Shown here piece after piece: positions 1-9,924 of a DNA stretch of 64,000 nt (its first letter is position 1; the number at the start of each line of letters is the position of its first letter). Below the pieces are notes generated by a model, which was not told the DNA's origin, did no database searches, and saw only the letters and a list, made by a program, of their open reading frames with translations. Origin of the DNA: Candidatus Gastranaerophilales bacterium. Its GTDB lineage: Bacteria; Cyanobacteriota; Vampirovibrionia; Gastranaerophilales; Gastranaerophilaceae. Location: contig CALVEU010000001.1 in NCBI GenBank assembly GCA_944326635.1, positions 1,685-65,684 of the forward strand. The letters are read 5' to 3'. The position numbers and the translations under genes are program-made.

Positions 1-1
1 A

Positions 2-727
2 GGTTTTACATTAGCTGAAATTTTAATTACTCTTGGTGTTATTGGCGTAGTTGTTGCAATGACAATGCCTTCATTAATTCAAAAATATAATGAAAAAGTT
101 TGGTTAAATCAATTTAAAACAACTTATACTATTCTTTCTCAAGCCTATCTTAGGGCTTATCAGGAATATGGTTTACCTGAAGAATGGGGATTATCTACAA
201 ATTCTCAAGATAAAGATAGTATTGCAAAAGCATCATCTTATCTTTTTAAATATTTAAAACTTGCAAATGATTTTAAACAGAATGATAAAAATAGTTCTAA
301 TGGATTACCTGTCCATTATAAAGATTTAGATGGAACAAATCTAGGAACAAATTTTAATGGATGGAATGGTCGTGATTATGTTGTTGTTTTAACAAATGGT
401 GCAGTAATTGGGATAAACAGTATTGGTTATATTGCACAAGATGCAAATAGTCAAAATAAAAAATTTTTGGTTAGTATGTATATTGACACCAATGGTGTGA
501 GAGGCCCTAATCAATTTGGAAAAGATTTCTTTTTTATTTATTTAAATTCGCATGAAAATTATCCTGTTATTACCGGTTATCCTTTATGGTGGGTGAATGA
601 AAAAAATTGTTCAAAAAACAAAGCTTCAGGATGGTATTCTGGTGGAGCTTGTGCAACATGGATAATAAAAAATTGGAACATGGATTATCTTCATCGAGAA
701 TTAACACATGATGAATGGATTAATTAA
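2..727 (+). CDS. Type IV pilin/pseudopilin-like protein with prepilin N-terminal cleavage/methylation motif (5' end cut by window edge)
   Basis: The frame of ORF 59..727 stays open back to nt 2 and reads GFTLAEILITLGVIGVVVAMTMPSLIQ (G|FTLAE plus a hydrophobic helix). The mid motif DTNGVRGPNQFGKDFF and C-terminal GACATWIIKNWNMDY are shared with paralogs at 9925, 23911 and 42874. Confidence 0.85.
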   Translation, partial: GFTLAEILITLGVIGVVVAMTMPSLIQKYNEKVWLNQFKTTYTILSQAYLRAYQEYGLPEEWGLSTNSQDKDSIAKASSYLFKYLKLANDFKQNDKNSSNGLPVHYKDLDGTNLGTNFNGWNGRDYVVVLTNGAVIGINSIGYIAQDANSQNKKFLVSMYIDTNGVRGPNQFGKDFFFIYLNSHENYPVITGYPLWWVNEKNCSKNKASGWYSGGACATWIIKNWNMDYLHRELTHDEWIN

Positions 728-753
728 AAAAGGCTCTTGTAAGAGCCTTTTTT
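726..753. terminator. Bidirectional intrinsic terminator between the convergent pilin-like gene and eno
   Basis: aaaaAGGCTCTtgtaAGAGCCTttttt: a 7-bp GC-rich stem flanked by an A-run and a T-run. Confidence 0.7.
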
Positions 754-760
754 AATCCTT

Positions 761-2068
<1,308 letters not shown>

Positions 2069-2145
2069 CTATACAAATTTGAAAATATATTGGTATAGAC
2101 GTTTTACACTCTTTTTGACCTTGTGATAATCTTTTCATAAAACTT

Positions 2146-3525
2146 TTAACTTTGCAAGTAGCTATGTAATTTATTTTTGACTTTATAAATAATATGTTTG
2201 ATACTATATAAATATCCTAAAAATAGTACAGTAGAAGCACTTACCCAAGCAATAGGACCTGCATAAAACATGCCGATATAGCCAAATTTTATTGCGAGAT
2301 AAACTGCAGTGAATGCTCTCATTACAAGTTCTGCAATACTTGATAATAATGGAAATACAGTTTCTCCCATCCCTTGTAAGGCATTTCTATAAATAAAAAT
2401 TTGTCCTAAGAAGCAATAGAATATTGTGCTTATTAAAAGATAACAGTGTGCAATATCAATAATATCTTTTGTTGCAGTTCCAATAAATGCTCCGATTATA
2501 TTTGTTCCCCAAAATCTCATTACAAAAGCCATTACAATGCTTAAGACAATATTAATTGTAGATGTTTTAATTACGCCTAATCTTATTCTTTTAAACTTTC
2601 GTGCTCCGAAATTTTGTGCAACATAAGCAGCTAGAGCTACACCAAATGACATCATAGGTAAAGTCGCAATTTGTTCTATTCTTAATGCTGCAGTCATTGC
2701 AGCAATAACGTTTGATCCGAAAGAGTTGCATACACTCTGGATTATAAGAATACTAATTCCAAGAATAGAAAATTGAACGGCCATTGGGACTCCTATTTTC
2801 AGATGTTCATATGCTGAATCATAAAAATCTTTATCAAATTTTAAAAGCCATTCACTTTTATGTATTCTAAGAATTGGAAATTTATATTTTATAAAAATTG
2901 TACATAAAATAACAGAGATTCCTTGTGAAAGAATTACAGCGATAGCAGAACCTGGAACTCCCATATGAAAAACTATTATAAAAATAAGAGCTAATATAAT
3001 GTTTATTAAAGATGCAATAATTAAAAAGTATAAAGGAGTTTTGCTATCACCAAGAGCTCTTATAATACTTGCAAGCATGTTGTACATTGTTGTTGCAATT
3101 AAACCTATAATGATAATTTCAACATACCAAAAAGCGTTATGATAAATATTATCAGGTACGTTCATCCATTTTAAAATGTAATTCATTGATAATGCAAAAA
3201 TAGATGAAAAAATAAAAGTTACAATTACGCTTAAAATTGTAGATATGACAACAGAATTTCGCACACCTTTTATATCTTTAGCCCCAAATCTTTGACCGGT
3301 TACTACTGCAAAACCGTTTGTTAGGCCAACAATAATAAATGTAATTAAGAAAAATAAAGGAGCTACAGCTCCGACAGCTGCGAAAGATTCAACACCTAAA
3401 GTTCTACCGACAATTACAAGGTCTGCTATGTTGTATAATTGCTGAAAAATATTACCGATTAAAAGCGGTACAGAAAATAACAATATATGTTTTAAGGGGT
3501 TCCCTTTTGTCATATCAGTAATCAT
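2146..3525 (-). CDS. MATE family efflux transporter
   Basis: 459 aa with 12 predicted hydrophobic helices. The N-terminal PLLIGNIFQQLYNIADLVIVGR is typical of MATE/NorM-like proteins. Confidence 0.85.
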   Translation of the reverse strand: MITDMTKGNPLKHILLFSVPLLIGNIFQQLYNIADLVIVGRTLGVESFAAVGAVAPLFFLITFIIVGLTNGFAVVTGQRFGAKDIKGVRNSVVISTILSVIVTFIFSSIFALSMNYILKWMNVPDNIYHNAFWYVEIIIIGLIATTMYNMLASIIRALGDSKTPLYFLIIASLINIILALIFIIVFHMGVPGSAIAVILSQGISVILCTIFIKYKFPILRIHKSEWLLKFDKDFYDSAYEHLKIGVPMAVQFSILGISILIIQSVCNSFGSNVIAAMTAALRIEQIATLPMMSFGVALAAYVAQNFGARKFKRIRLGVIKTSTINIVLSIVMAFVMRFWGTNIIGAFIGTATKDIIDIAHCYLLISTIFYCFLGQIFIYRNALQGMGETVFPLLSSIAELVMRAFTAVYLAIKFGYIGMFYAGPIAWVSASTVLFLGYLYSIKHIIYKVKNKLHSYLQS

Positions 3526-3653
3526 AAAACCATACCTTTTTAATTTCTTTTCTAAATTAAATTATACTAAAAATAGAATTGTTTTACAAAATACTTGAAA
3601 TTTAAAATATTTTGTGCAAAGATAGATTTTGTCAATTAAATAATAAGACTTAT

Positions 3654-3727
3654 GGCAAGGTAGCTCAGCTGGTGAGAGCGCACGGCTCATACCCGTGAGG
3701 TCGAGAGTTCGAATCTCTCCCTTGCTA
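3654..3727 (+). tRNA. tRNA with CAT anticodon (elongator Met or lysidine-type Ile2; not initiator-like)
   Basis: Cloverleaf read by eye: acceptor GGCAAGG/CCTTGCT, D-stem GCTC/GAGC, anticodon stem CACGG/CCGTG with loop CTCATAC, T-arm GAGAG-TTCGAAT-CTCTC. No encoded CCA. No 3xGC anticodon stem. Confidence 0.85.
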
Positions 3728-3797
3728 TTTTTATTTTATATTTAATTTTTTAAATTTCCCCAAATATTGCTCTATTAGTAATAAAAAGATTAGAATA

Positions 3798-4322
3798 TTA
3801 AATATCTTTTTTAGAAGTTTTAAGTTTAATAAAATGATCAATATTTCTGTACTTAAATACTTTAGCAGGATTTCCTCCAGCAATTGCATAAGGAGGTATT
3901 TCTCCATGAACAACTGAACCTGCCTGGATTATTGCTCCTTCACCTATAACTGTTCCAGGTAATATTATTACTTTTGCTCCTATCCAAACAAAATCACCTA
4001 TAATAACGTCACTTTTTATTGTGGTACTATCATAAGGAATATCATTCCCCTCATAATTGTGGCTCGTGGATATTATTTGTGAATCAAATCCTGCAACAAA
4101 ATAATTTCCTAAAATTACTTTTCCATTTCCGCTTATATGCATACCGTTAAGTTTTACATGGTTTTTAATAATAGTGTTTTTATTAACAGTTGAAAATCTT
4201 GAACATTGAAAATTTTTGCCAATATGTTTAGCAGTAAAGATTATTTGTATACTATTACAAAATTCTCTAAACCAAATTCGTAAAAATTTTATAGGAATTA
4301 GACAGGATAAAATCTTAATCAT
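3798..4322 (-). CDS. Left-handed beta-helix (hexapeptide-repeat) O-acetyltransferase
   Basis: 174 aa. [48 protein letters not shown] is a typical LbH acetyltransferase C-terminus. Confidence 0.8.
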   Translation of the reverse strand: MIKILSCLIPIKFLRIWFREFCNSIQIIFTAKHIGKNFQCSRFSTVNKNTIIKNHVKLNGMHISGNGKVILGNYFVAGFDSQIISTSHNYEGNDIPYDSTTIKSDVIIGDFVWIGAKVIILPGTVIGEGAIIQAGSVVHGEIPPYAIAGGNPAKVFKYRNIDHFIKLKTSKKDI

Positions 4323-4445
4323 ATTTATAACCTGAGAAAATTATATTGAAATAAAGGTAACTTGTCAATCACTTTTTATATTAATGTAACTCACTAGAGG
4401 TTTTTAAAAAATACTTTATACGATAACCTAATAAAGAGGAAATTT

Positions 4446-4799
4446 ATGTTTTGTATTGACAAAAAAAATATAGGAACTGTTATAAAACAAGCTCGAAAAA
4501 AAGCAGGCTTAAAACAATATGAACTTGCAGAAATGGCAGGTTTTTCAGAAAAACACTTGTGTAGAATTGAAAATGGAAAATATTTGCCTAAACTGGAACA
4601 TTTTTTGAGTATAGTGTCTATTCTAAATTTAAAACTTGATGACTTTGGTATTAATTCTATAAATAAAGAAATGTCATCTGATAAAACAAATCTTATAAAT
4701 AAAATTTTAACAAGTGACGATAAACTTGTTAAAATATATAGTGAAATTTTTGAAAATATGGATAAAATTATTAATTTAGCTAAAAACAAATTAATTTAA
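4446..4799 (+). CDS. XRE-family helix-turn-helix transcriptional regulator
   Basis: IKQARKKAGLKQYELAEMAGFSEKHLCRIENGKYLP is a canonical HTH_3 motif. SD AAGAGGA lies upstream. The antisense ORF 4394..4789 is low-complexity. Confidence 0.85.
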   Translation: MFCIDKKNIGTVIKQARKKAGLKQYELAEMAGFSEKHLCRIENGKYLPKLEHFLSIVSILNLKLDDFGINSINKEMSSDKTNLINKILTSDDKLVKIYSEIFENMDKIINLAKNKLI

Positions 4800-4808
4800 A
4801 CTATAAAA

Positions 4809-5174
4809 TTAGCAACTTAAATCATTTCCTTTATAAGCACAGGGAATGTTTTCTTCTTTTAAATAATTTAGTCCCCATTTATTTAATTCTATGATTGCTG
4901 GAATTAAACTTTTTCCGCGTTCTGTTAGAGAATATTCTGTTTTAGGCGGAACAACAGGGTACAATTTTCTTTTTACAATCCCGTCTGATTCCAATTCTTT
5001 AAGCTGTTGAATTAACATTTTAGGAGTTGCATGTGAGATTAGTTTTTGTAATTCACTATATCTTAAAGTTTTGTCTATCAAATGACCGATTATAACCCCT
5101 TTGTATTTTCCGCCTATGATTTCCATTGTTGCCTCTAATGGGCATTTGTATTCTGTTTGTTTCTTTTTTGCCAT
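4809..5174 (-). CDS. HxlR-family winged-helix transcriptional regulator
   Basis: CPLEATMEIIGGKYKGVIIGHL...RYSELQKLISHATPKMLIQQLKELESDGIVKRKLYPVVPPKTEYSLTERG is the HxlR signature. Confidence 0.9.
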   Translation of the reverse strand: MAKKKQTEYKCPLEATMEIIGGKYKGVIIGHLIDKTLRYSELQKLISHATPKMLIQQLKELESDGIVKRKLYPVVPPKTEYSLTERGKSLIPAIIELNKWGLNYLKEENIPCAYKGNDLSC

Positions 5175-5297
5175 AATTCCTCTTTTTTATACCTTCTTTT
5201 TTAATACTATTATACTAAAAAGTAAGTATTATACAAAATAGTGCATTCTTGTTTTTTTTATAGTCATAATTTAAGATGTATAAAAAAGGAGGGAAAG

Positions 5298-6077
5298 ATG
5301 AAAATTACTCAGGTTAGGAATGCAACTATTATTGTGGAATTTGATAAAAACAAATTTTTAATTGATCCTTGGCTTGGTCCAAAAGATTACATGGAAGGTT
5401 TTGAAGCAGGTATAAATTCTCATATCAGACAACCGAGAGTCGAATTGCCTTTTGACATTCAAAAGATAGTTGATGTGGATGCTGTGATTTTGACCCATTT
5501 TCATCCTGATCATTTTGATGAATATGCTGTGAATGCGTTAAATAAAGATATTAAGTTTTTTGTTCAATCCCAAACTGATTTAGAAATAATACAATCTTAC
5601 GGTTTTAAAAATATTGAAATTATAACAGAAGATGGGATTACTTATAAAAATATAAAATTGTACAAGACAAATTGTCAGCATGGTAAAAGAGAGATTATAA
5701 AACCGATTTGCGAAAGTGTAGGAATGCCATATGATTCTATGGGTGTTGTATTCAAATCAGAGAATGAGAAAACTCTCTATATTGCAGGCGATACAATTTG
5801 GTGCAAGGAAGTAAAAGATGCTTTAGACAAACATTCTCCTGATATTATTGTAGTGAATGCTTGTGGTGCAACTGTTTTTAATGGTGAACATATTATTATG
5901 AATATTGATGATGTAAAAGAAGTACTCAAATACTCTCCAAATTCAACATTAATAGCTAGCCATATGGATACAGTTAGTCATCTTTCAGTTACACGTGAGG
6001 ATTTGAAAAGTTTTGTAGAAAATTCTAACATTTCTAATTTATTAATTCCGAATGACGGAGATATTTTATGTTTGTAA
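5298..6077 (+). CDS. MBL-fold metallo-hydrolase
   Basis: LTHFHPDHFD (HxHxDH) motif. Start moved to the ATG at 5298, preceded by AAGGAGGG. Divergent from the HxlR gene, a common pairing. Confidence 0.8.
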   Translation: MKITQVRNATIIVEFDKNKFLIDPWLGPKDYMEGFEAGINSHIRQPRVELPFDIQKIVDVDAVILTHFHPDHFDEYAVNALNKDIKFFVQSQTDLEIIQSYGFKNIEIITEDGITYKNIKLYKTNCQHGKREIIKPICESVGMPYDSMGVVFKSENEKTLYIAGDTIWCKEVKDALDKHSPDIIVVNACGATVFNGEHIIMNIDDVKEVLKYSPNSTLIASHMDTVSHLSVTREDLKSFVENSNISNLLIPNDGDILCL

Positions 6078-6104
6078 AATAAAATTGTAATTTCTAAAGT
6101 TTAA

Positions 6105-6133
6105 AAACCCGTAAATGTTTATTTTACGGGTTT
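6105..6133. terminator. Bidirectional intrinsic terminator (MBL gene / AAA+ gene)
   Basis: AAACCCGTAAA-tgtttat-TTTACGGGTTT: an 11-bp stem flanked by A- and T-runs. Confidence 0.75.
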
Positions 6134-6163
6134 AATTTTTGCTATAAAAGTTTAATTATTTTA

Positions 6164-7663
6164 TTAATTATAACCTATTTTTTTACGTTCTTTTACTTGT
6201 CTTTCTTTTATAAAATTGTTAATAGCTTGTTCAAAATCTCCATTTGTAATTTTTAAATTATCAATATCTGATTTTACAAAAGTTCCATTAGACATTTTGT
6301 CAAATATTCCTACACGTTCAAATGCATTATTATGTGCATCTGAAGATAAGCGAGCAATATCTGCTCCTGTTGCATGTATGTCAAATAATTTTTTTGATAA
6401 TGCTTCTTTGTTAATTGATTCATCTAAAGGTTTTTTAGCTGTATGAATATCTAAAATTTGTCTTGTTCCTTGTAAATCCGGCAGACCAATTTGGATATGT
6501 TTACCAAATCTACCTGAACGCATTATTGCATCATCAAGCATTTCTATTTTATTTGTTGTTGCTAGGATATAGACATCATCGCCTTGTTTTTCTATATCAC
6601 TCATAATTGATAAAAATTGATTTACAAATTCTGCACTGTAATTGTCAACTTTATCTCTTTTTTTAGCAACTGAATCAAATTCATCGAATACAATTATACT
6701 TGGTTGGTTTTCTATTGCTCCTTCAAATAAAGTGCGTAAATTTTCTTCTGATTCCCCTACCCATTTTGATTTAAGTTCAGAGCCGTTTAGTTTTAGGAAA
6801 AACGCATTAGACTCATTAGCTAGAGATTCTGCAATTAAAGTTTTTCCTGTTCCTGGAGGACCAGTAAGTATTATGCCATGGTTTACTTTGATATTTTCAA
6901 AAGCTTCAGGATATTTTATTGGGAATAAAACACCTTTTTTTAATTCTTCGATAGCTTTATCTTGTCCACCTATATCAGCAAATGTTAGAGGTTTATTTTT
7001 TTCCTGTGTATCGAGAACTAAAGATTTAAGTTCTTTGGTATTTTGTCTTTTTATGATATCTTGGGAATCTTGGGTGAAGTCAAATACTTTTGAAAAAATA
7101 TGACGTTTAAGTGATAAATTTGTTTTAGGTTCATCTTTGATTTTAATTCCCATATCACCGATGTATAGAATATCATCTGTGGTTACATAAAAAGAATTGT
7201 TTGGTTTTAGTGCTTCTTGTCCAGTTGAATTACTTAAATATAAATCAAAATTGTTTATATTTAAAATTTCTTTATCTCCTGTTGCATTTTTGTAAAAGGC
7301 TAAACTACCTTGGATATTATCGTCTTCAATAAAAAATATTCTTTTAATAACGTGATCCAAAGAATCTAGAGAATTTTTCAAAGCTCGTTGAGTTTCTTTT
7401 AGGTTTTTACCTACAGTAATTATATCTCCACGTTTAAATACATCAAATAATGATGCAATTCTATCTTCTAAAGGTAGTTGTTTTGCTAAAGTTAAAGCTG
7501 CTTCATTTAGATTGCCAAAACTAATTGATTTTTTCTTTGGTTTATTTTGTAGGACGACCATATCAGAGGATAATTGATTTGAAGCAAATTTTGTACGATT
7601 GTTATTTGCTGTTTTTGGTTGGTTTGAAATAGTACTAAAATTTTGAATTGGTAAAATTTTCAT
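6164..7663 (-). CDS. Classic-clade AAA+ ATPase (single AAA domain) with unknown ~260-aa N-terminal region
   Basis: Walker A GPPGTGKT, Walker B IIVFDEFD, SRH TTNKIEMLDDAIMRSGRFG. Start set at MKILPIQ (ATG 7663), preceded by AGGAG. The upstream part of the tracked ORF is promoter DNA. Confidence 0.85.
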   Translation of the reverse strand: MKILPIQNFSTISNQPKTANNNRTKFASNQLSSDMVVLQNKPKKKSISFGNLNEAALTLAKQLPLEDRIASLFDVFKRGDIITVGKNLKETQRALKNSLDSLDHVIKRIFFIEDDNIQGSLAFYKNATGDKEILNINNFDLYLSNSTGQEALKPNNSFYVTTDDILYIGDMGIKIKDEPKTNLSLKRHIFSKVFDFTQDSQDIIKRQNTKELKSLVLDTQEKNKPLTFADIGGQDKAIEELKKGVLFPIKYPEAFENIKVNHGIILTGPPGTGKTLIAESLANESNAFFLKLNGSELKSKWVGESEENLRTLFEGAIENQPSIIVFDEFDSVAKKRDKVDNYSAEFVNQFLSIMSDIEKQGDDVYILATTNKIEMLDDAIMRSGRFGKHIQIGLPDLQGTRQILDIHTAKKPLDESINKEALSKKLFDIHATGADIARLSSDAHNNAFERVGIFDKMSNGTFVKSDIDNLKITNGDFEQAINNFIKERQVKERKKIGYN

Positions 7664-7695
7664 AAAAAATACTCCTACAAATAAATATCCTACAC

Positions 7696-7717
7696 ATCTG
7701 CTACAATTGTAGCAGAT
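7696..7717. promoter_or_regulatory. Perfect 22-bp palindrome (putative operator) overlapping the extended -10 of the AAA+ gene
   Basis: ATCTGCTACAATTGTAGCAGAT is its own reverse complement. On the minus strand it contains TGcTACAAT about 35 nt upstream of the AAA+ start. Confidence 0.55.
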
Positions 7718-7750
7718 TAAAATAAAATTAGCACAAAGGAAAACAAAATC

Positions 7751-7779
7751 TTTACAATTGTTAATCTTACACTTATAAT
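7751..7779 (+). promoter_or_regulatory. Near-consensus sigma70-type promoter for the 7853 gene
   Basis: TTTACA, exactly 17 nt, then TATAAT. Confidence 0.6.
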
Positions 7780-7812
7780 TTTGCAAAATATTTTTAGATT
7801 TACAAAAGTTCA

Positions 7813-7842
7813 AAACCTGTAAAAATTTATTTTTACGGGTTT
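7813..7842 (+). terminator. Intrinsic-terminator-like hairpin inside the 5' leader of the 7853 gene
   Basis: AAACCTGTAAAAA-ttta-TTTTTACGGGTTT: a 13-bp stem with one G-U pair, followed by TATTAGTTTT and then the ATG. It is a near copy of the hairpin at 6105..6133. Confidence 0.55.
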
Positions 7843-7852
7843 TATTAGTTTT

Positions 7853-9595
7853 ATGAAAATATCAACTATAAATATTCAAAACAAATATTATAATAATTTA
7901 CCAGCGCAAAAAACTGTATTAAATTCCTCAAAAGTATCTGACAGTTTTTCTTTTACAGGAAATTATGAGCGTTTGAGCAGAGATACTATTGATGTTGTAT
8001 CTTCAATTTCAAATGCGTATAAAGATATTTTGAAAAAAATATCTGAAAAAACTCCTGAAGGTATGGAAATTATTCAAAAAGAATATAAAGATTTCAAATC
8101 AACAAGAAGTTTAATGTTTCATAACTGCGGGGAAAATAAAACATCTATTCAAGTGCGAGTTCCTGATGGTCAAGATGGACAAGACTTTATAAAAATTGTT
8201 GTAAAAAAGGGTAGTAATTTTTCTCAAGGAAAAGTAGTTTTAGATTCATATACTATAAAGGATTTTGATCGAATTGTTGAAGATAATGATAAAAATCATG
8301 TTTTTGTTTTCCCACAAAATATTAAATATGCAAATTTTGATAAGCCGTTTGAATTAAAATTACAAAAAGTATTAGATGATTTAGATTGTGCAATGCTTAA
8401 ATTTAGGAAATTTTTAGCAAAATATGATGGGCAATATTTAAAACCTGAATTATTTACATTTAGTGATACAAGTATAAAGAGATTAGTAAATATTGATTCT
8501 TTGTATAATAAAACTGATGAATTGTTGAAAGGACTTTCTAATAATTTGTCATTGAAATTAAAAAAAGAATTTGGTGATTATAGACTCCAAGCTACTCAAT
8601 CTGCTCATGTCCTACAAAATATTGGAGAAAATAAAAATCAAATTGCATATAAAAAATTACAACATCCTGAACATGGAATATTAACCAGAATAATGGTTTA
8701 TGACAAAAATGATGAAATAATTGATGGTTTTCTTATTAAAGAAAAACAAGGATCAGTTGTTTCTAATTTTAATCCGAAAAATTTTAGTATAATTCCCCCA
8801 AAACTTTTGTATCACGATAAATCTTCCATACAAGAGATTTTACCAAAATTGGAATTATATATTTCAGGTTATGAGAAAAAACTTGAAGAGTTTAATAAAT
8901 TTATTTCTCAAAAATTATATAGAAGATCATTAGCACCTGTGATTGGAAAGTTAAGTGGAGATCTTGGTGTTGATATGGAAAGAATAGATAATACATATCG
9001 CCAAATATCTGAAAAATTAGATTCAATGGCTACTTCAATAGCCTTAAGGCAAAAAAAATCTTATCCAAAATGGAATGGAGTTGCAGGACAACGAGGTTTT
9101 GCATTCAAGATTTCAGATGATGAAAAAATTTCTATTTTTAAAATGAAAAATACAAAAGGATATAATCTTACCCGCTTATGTTTTTCAAAAAATGGTGAAG
9201 AAAAGTTTTTCTTGATAAATCAAGATATGGTTGTAAAAAATTTCAATCCGAAATATCCAACAGTTATTCCTCCGGAATTAAAATATTATAGTGATACTGA
9301 ACTCGAAGAACTTGGATTAGAGCCCTTTTTGAAAAAAGCAGCAGATGAATTGCTAGAATTTCAAAAGTATTTAGAACATTCTGACTTAGAGAAAAAAGCT
9401 AAAAATAAAACAATTAAAGTTGAAAAATCAATACCTCTTTCTGCAACAACTAAATATAAAAAATTAATGAAAGAATGCAATGAGAAATTAACTCAAGCGA
9501 TGAAAAATGCTGAAAATGATATGCAAGGATTTAATGATACACTTAAAGAAATTCAAAGTAAAATTGCAGAATTTTTCTCAAAGACAAAAGAGTAA
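7853..9595 (+). CDS. Hypothetical protein with three ~160-aa internal repeats and a K/E-rich C-terminal tail
   Basis: 580 aa. VVSNFNPKNFSIIPPKLLY (aa 302-320) and VVKNFNPKYPTVIPPELKY (aa 460-478) are each followed by an L-x-EF-x-K-[FY]-[IL] helix. A third, degenerate copy ends MLKFRKFL (aa 181-188). No SD is visible. Confidence 0.7.
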   Translation: MKISTINIQNKYYNNLPAQKTVLNSSKVSDSFSFTGNYERLSRDTIDVVSSISNAYKDILKKISEKTPEGMEIIQKEYKDFKSTRSLMFHNCGENKTSIQVRVPDGQDGQDFIKIVVKKGSNFSQGKVVLDSYTIKDFDRIVEDNDKNHVFVFPQNIKYANFDKPFELKLQKVLDDLDCAMLKFRKFLAKYDGQYLKPELFTFSDTSIKRLVNIDSLYNKTDELLKGLSNNLSLKLKKEFGDYRLQATQSAHVLQNIGENKNQIAYKKLQHPEHGILTRIMVYDKNDEIIDGFLIKEKQGSVVSNFNPKNFSIIPPKLLYHDKSSIQEILPKLELYISGYEKKLEEFNKFISQKLYRRSLAPVIGKLSGDLGVDMERIDNTYRQISEKLDSMATSIALRQKKSYPKWNGVAGQRGFAFKISDDEKISIFKMKNTKGYNLTRLCFSKNGEEKFFLINQDMVVKNFNPKYPTVIPPELKYYSDTELEELGLEPFLKKAADELLEFQKYLEHSDLEKKAKNKTIKVEKSIPLSATTKYKKLMKECNEKLTQAMKNAENDMQGFNDTLKEIQSKIAEFFSKTKE

Positions 9596-9608
9596 TTTTT
9601 AAAATATA

Positions 9609-9827
9609 TTAAAATTTGCAATCTAAAATATTGATTACATCAACGTTTAGAGCTTCTGCAATTTTGTATAATGTTTTTATTTTAAAATTATATGCACCAC
9701 GCTCAATAGAGCTTATAGAATTAGTGCTTAATTCAGACTTAAATCCAAGTTCTTCTTGTGACATATTTTTTTGTAAGCGGATATATCTTATGCTTTGACC
9801 TAATTTGAATAGTAATTTATCTTGCAT
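9609..9827 (-). CDS. XRE-family HTH regulator (72 aa)
   Basis: IRYIRLQKNMSQEELGFKSELSTNSISSIERGAYNFKIKTLYKIAEAL is a canonical HTH_3 motif. Confidence 0.85.
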   Translation of the reverse strand: MQDKLLFKLGQSIRYIRLQKNMSQEELGFKSELSTNSISSIERGAYNFKIKTLYKIAEALNVDVINILDCKF

Positions 9828-9870
9828 ATTAATATTTTAATCGCTTGACAAAATTCATTCTAATATGTAC

Positions 9871-9908
9871 ACTTTTAATATTACAAGTATACTTGTAATA
9901 TTAAAAGT
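9871..9908. promoter_or_regulatory. Perfect 38-bp palindrome (putative operator) between the XRE gene and the pilin-like gene
   Basis: ACTTTTAATATTACAAGTA|TACTTGTAATATTAAAAGT, 19-bp arms with no mismatch. It lies just downstream of TTGACA (9845-9850), a 17-nt spacer and TACACT. Confidence 0.7.
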
Positions 9909-9924
9909 ACAATAGGAGAAATTT

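Noticed and set aside
3731-3913. 60-aa minus-strand ORF overlapping the 3' end of the acetyltransferase gene
   Set aside because: It is an alternative frame of the LbH acetyltransferase region and the tRNA-proximal spacer. It is Leu/Ile/Lys low-complexity sequence with no SD.
4394-4789. 131-aa minus-strand ORF overlapping the XRE gene 4446..4799
   Set aside because: It is the antisense shadow of a clear HTH_3 protein. It has a Leu/Phe/Ser/Ile-rich composition typical of the reverse frame of AT-rich genes, and no SD.
7664-7813. N-terminal 50-aa extension of the AAA+ ORF (MNFCKSKNILQNYKCKINNCKDF...) as given by the ORF track
   Set aside because: The segment is Cys/Asn-rich low-complexity sequence. 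It contains the palindromic operator, a plus-strand consensus promoter and a terminator hairpin. The internal Met at 7663 has a proper AGGAG SD and begins with the MKI..I leader seen in paralogous contexts.
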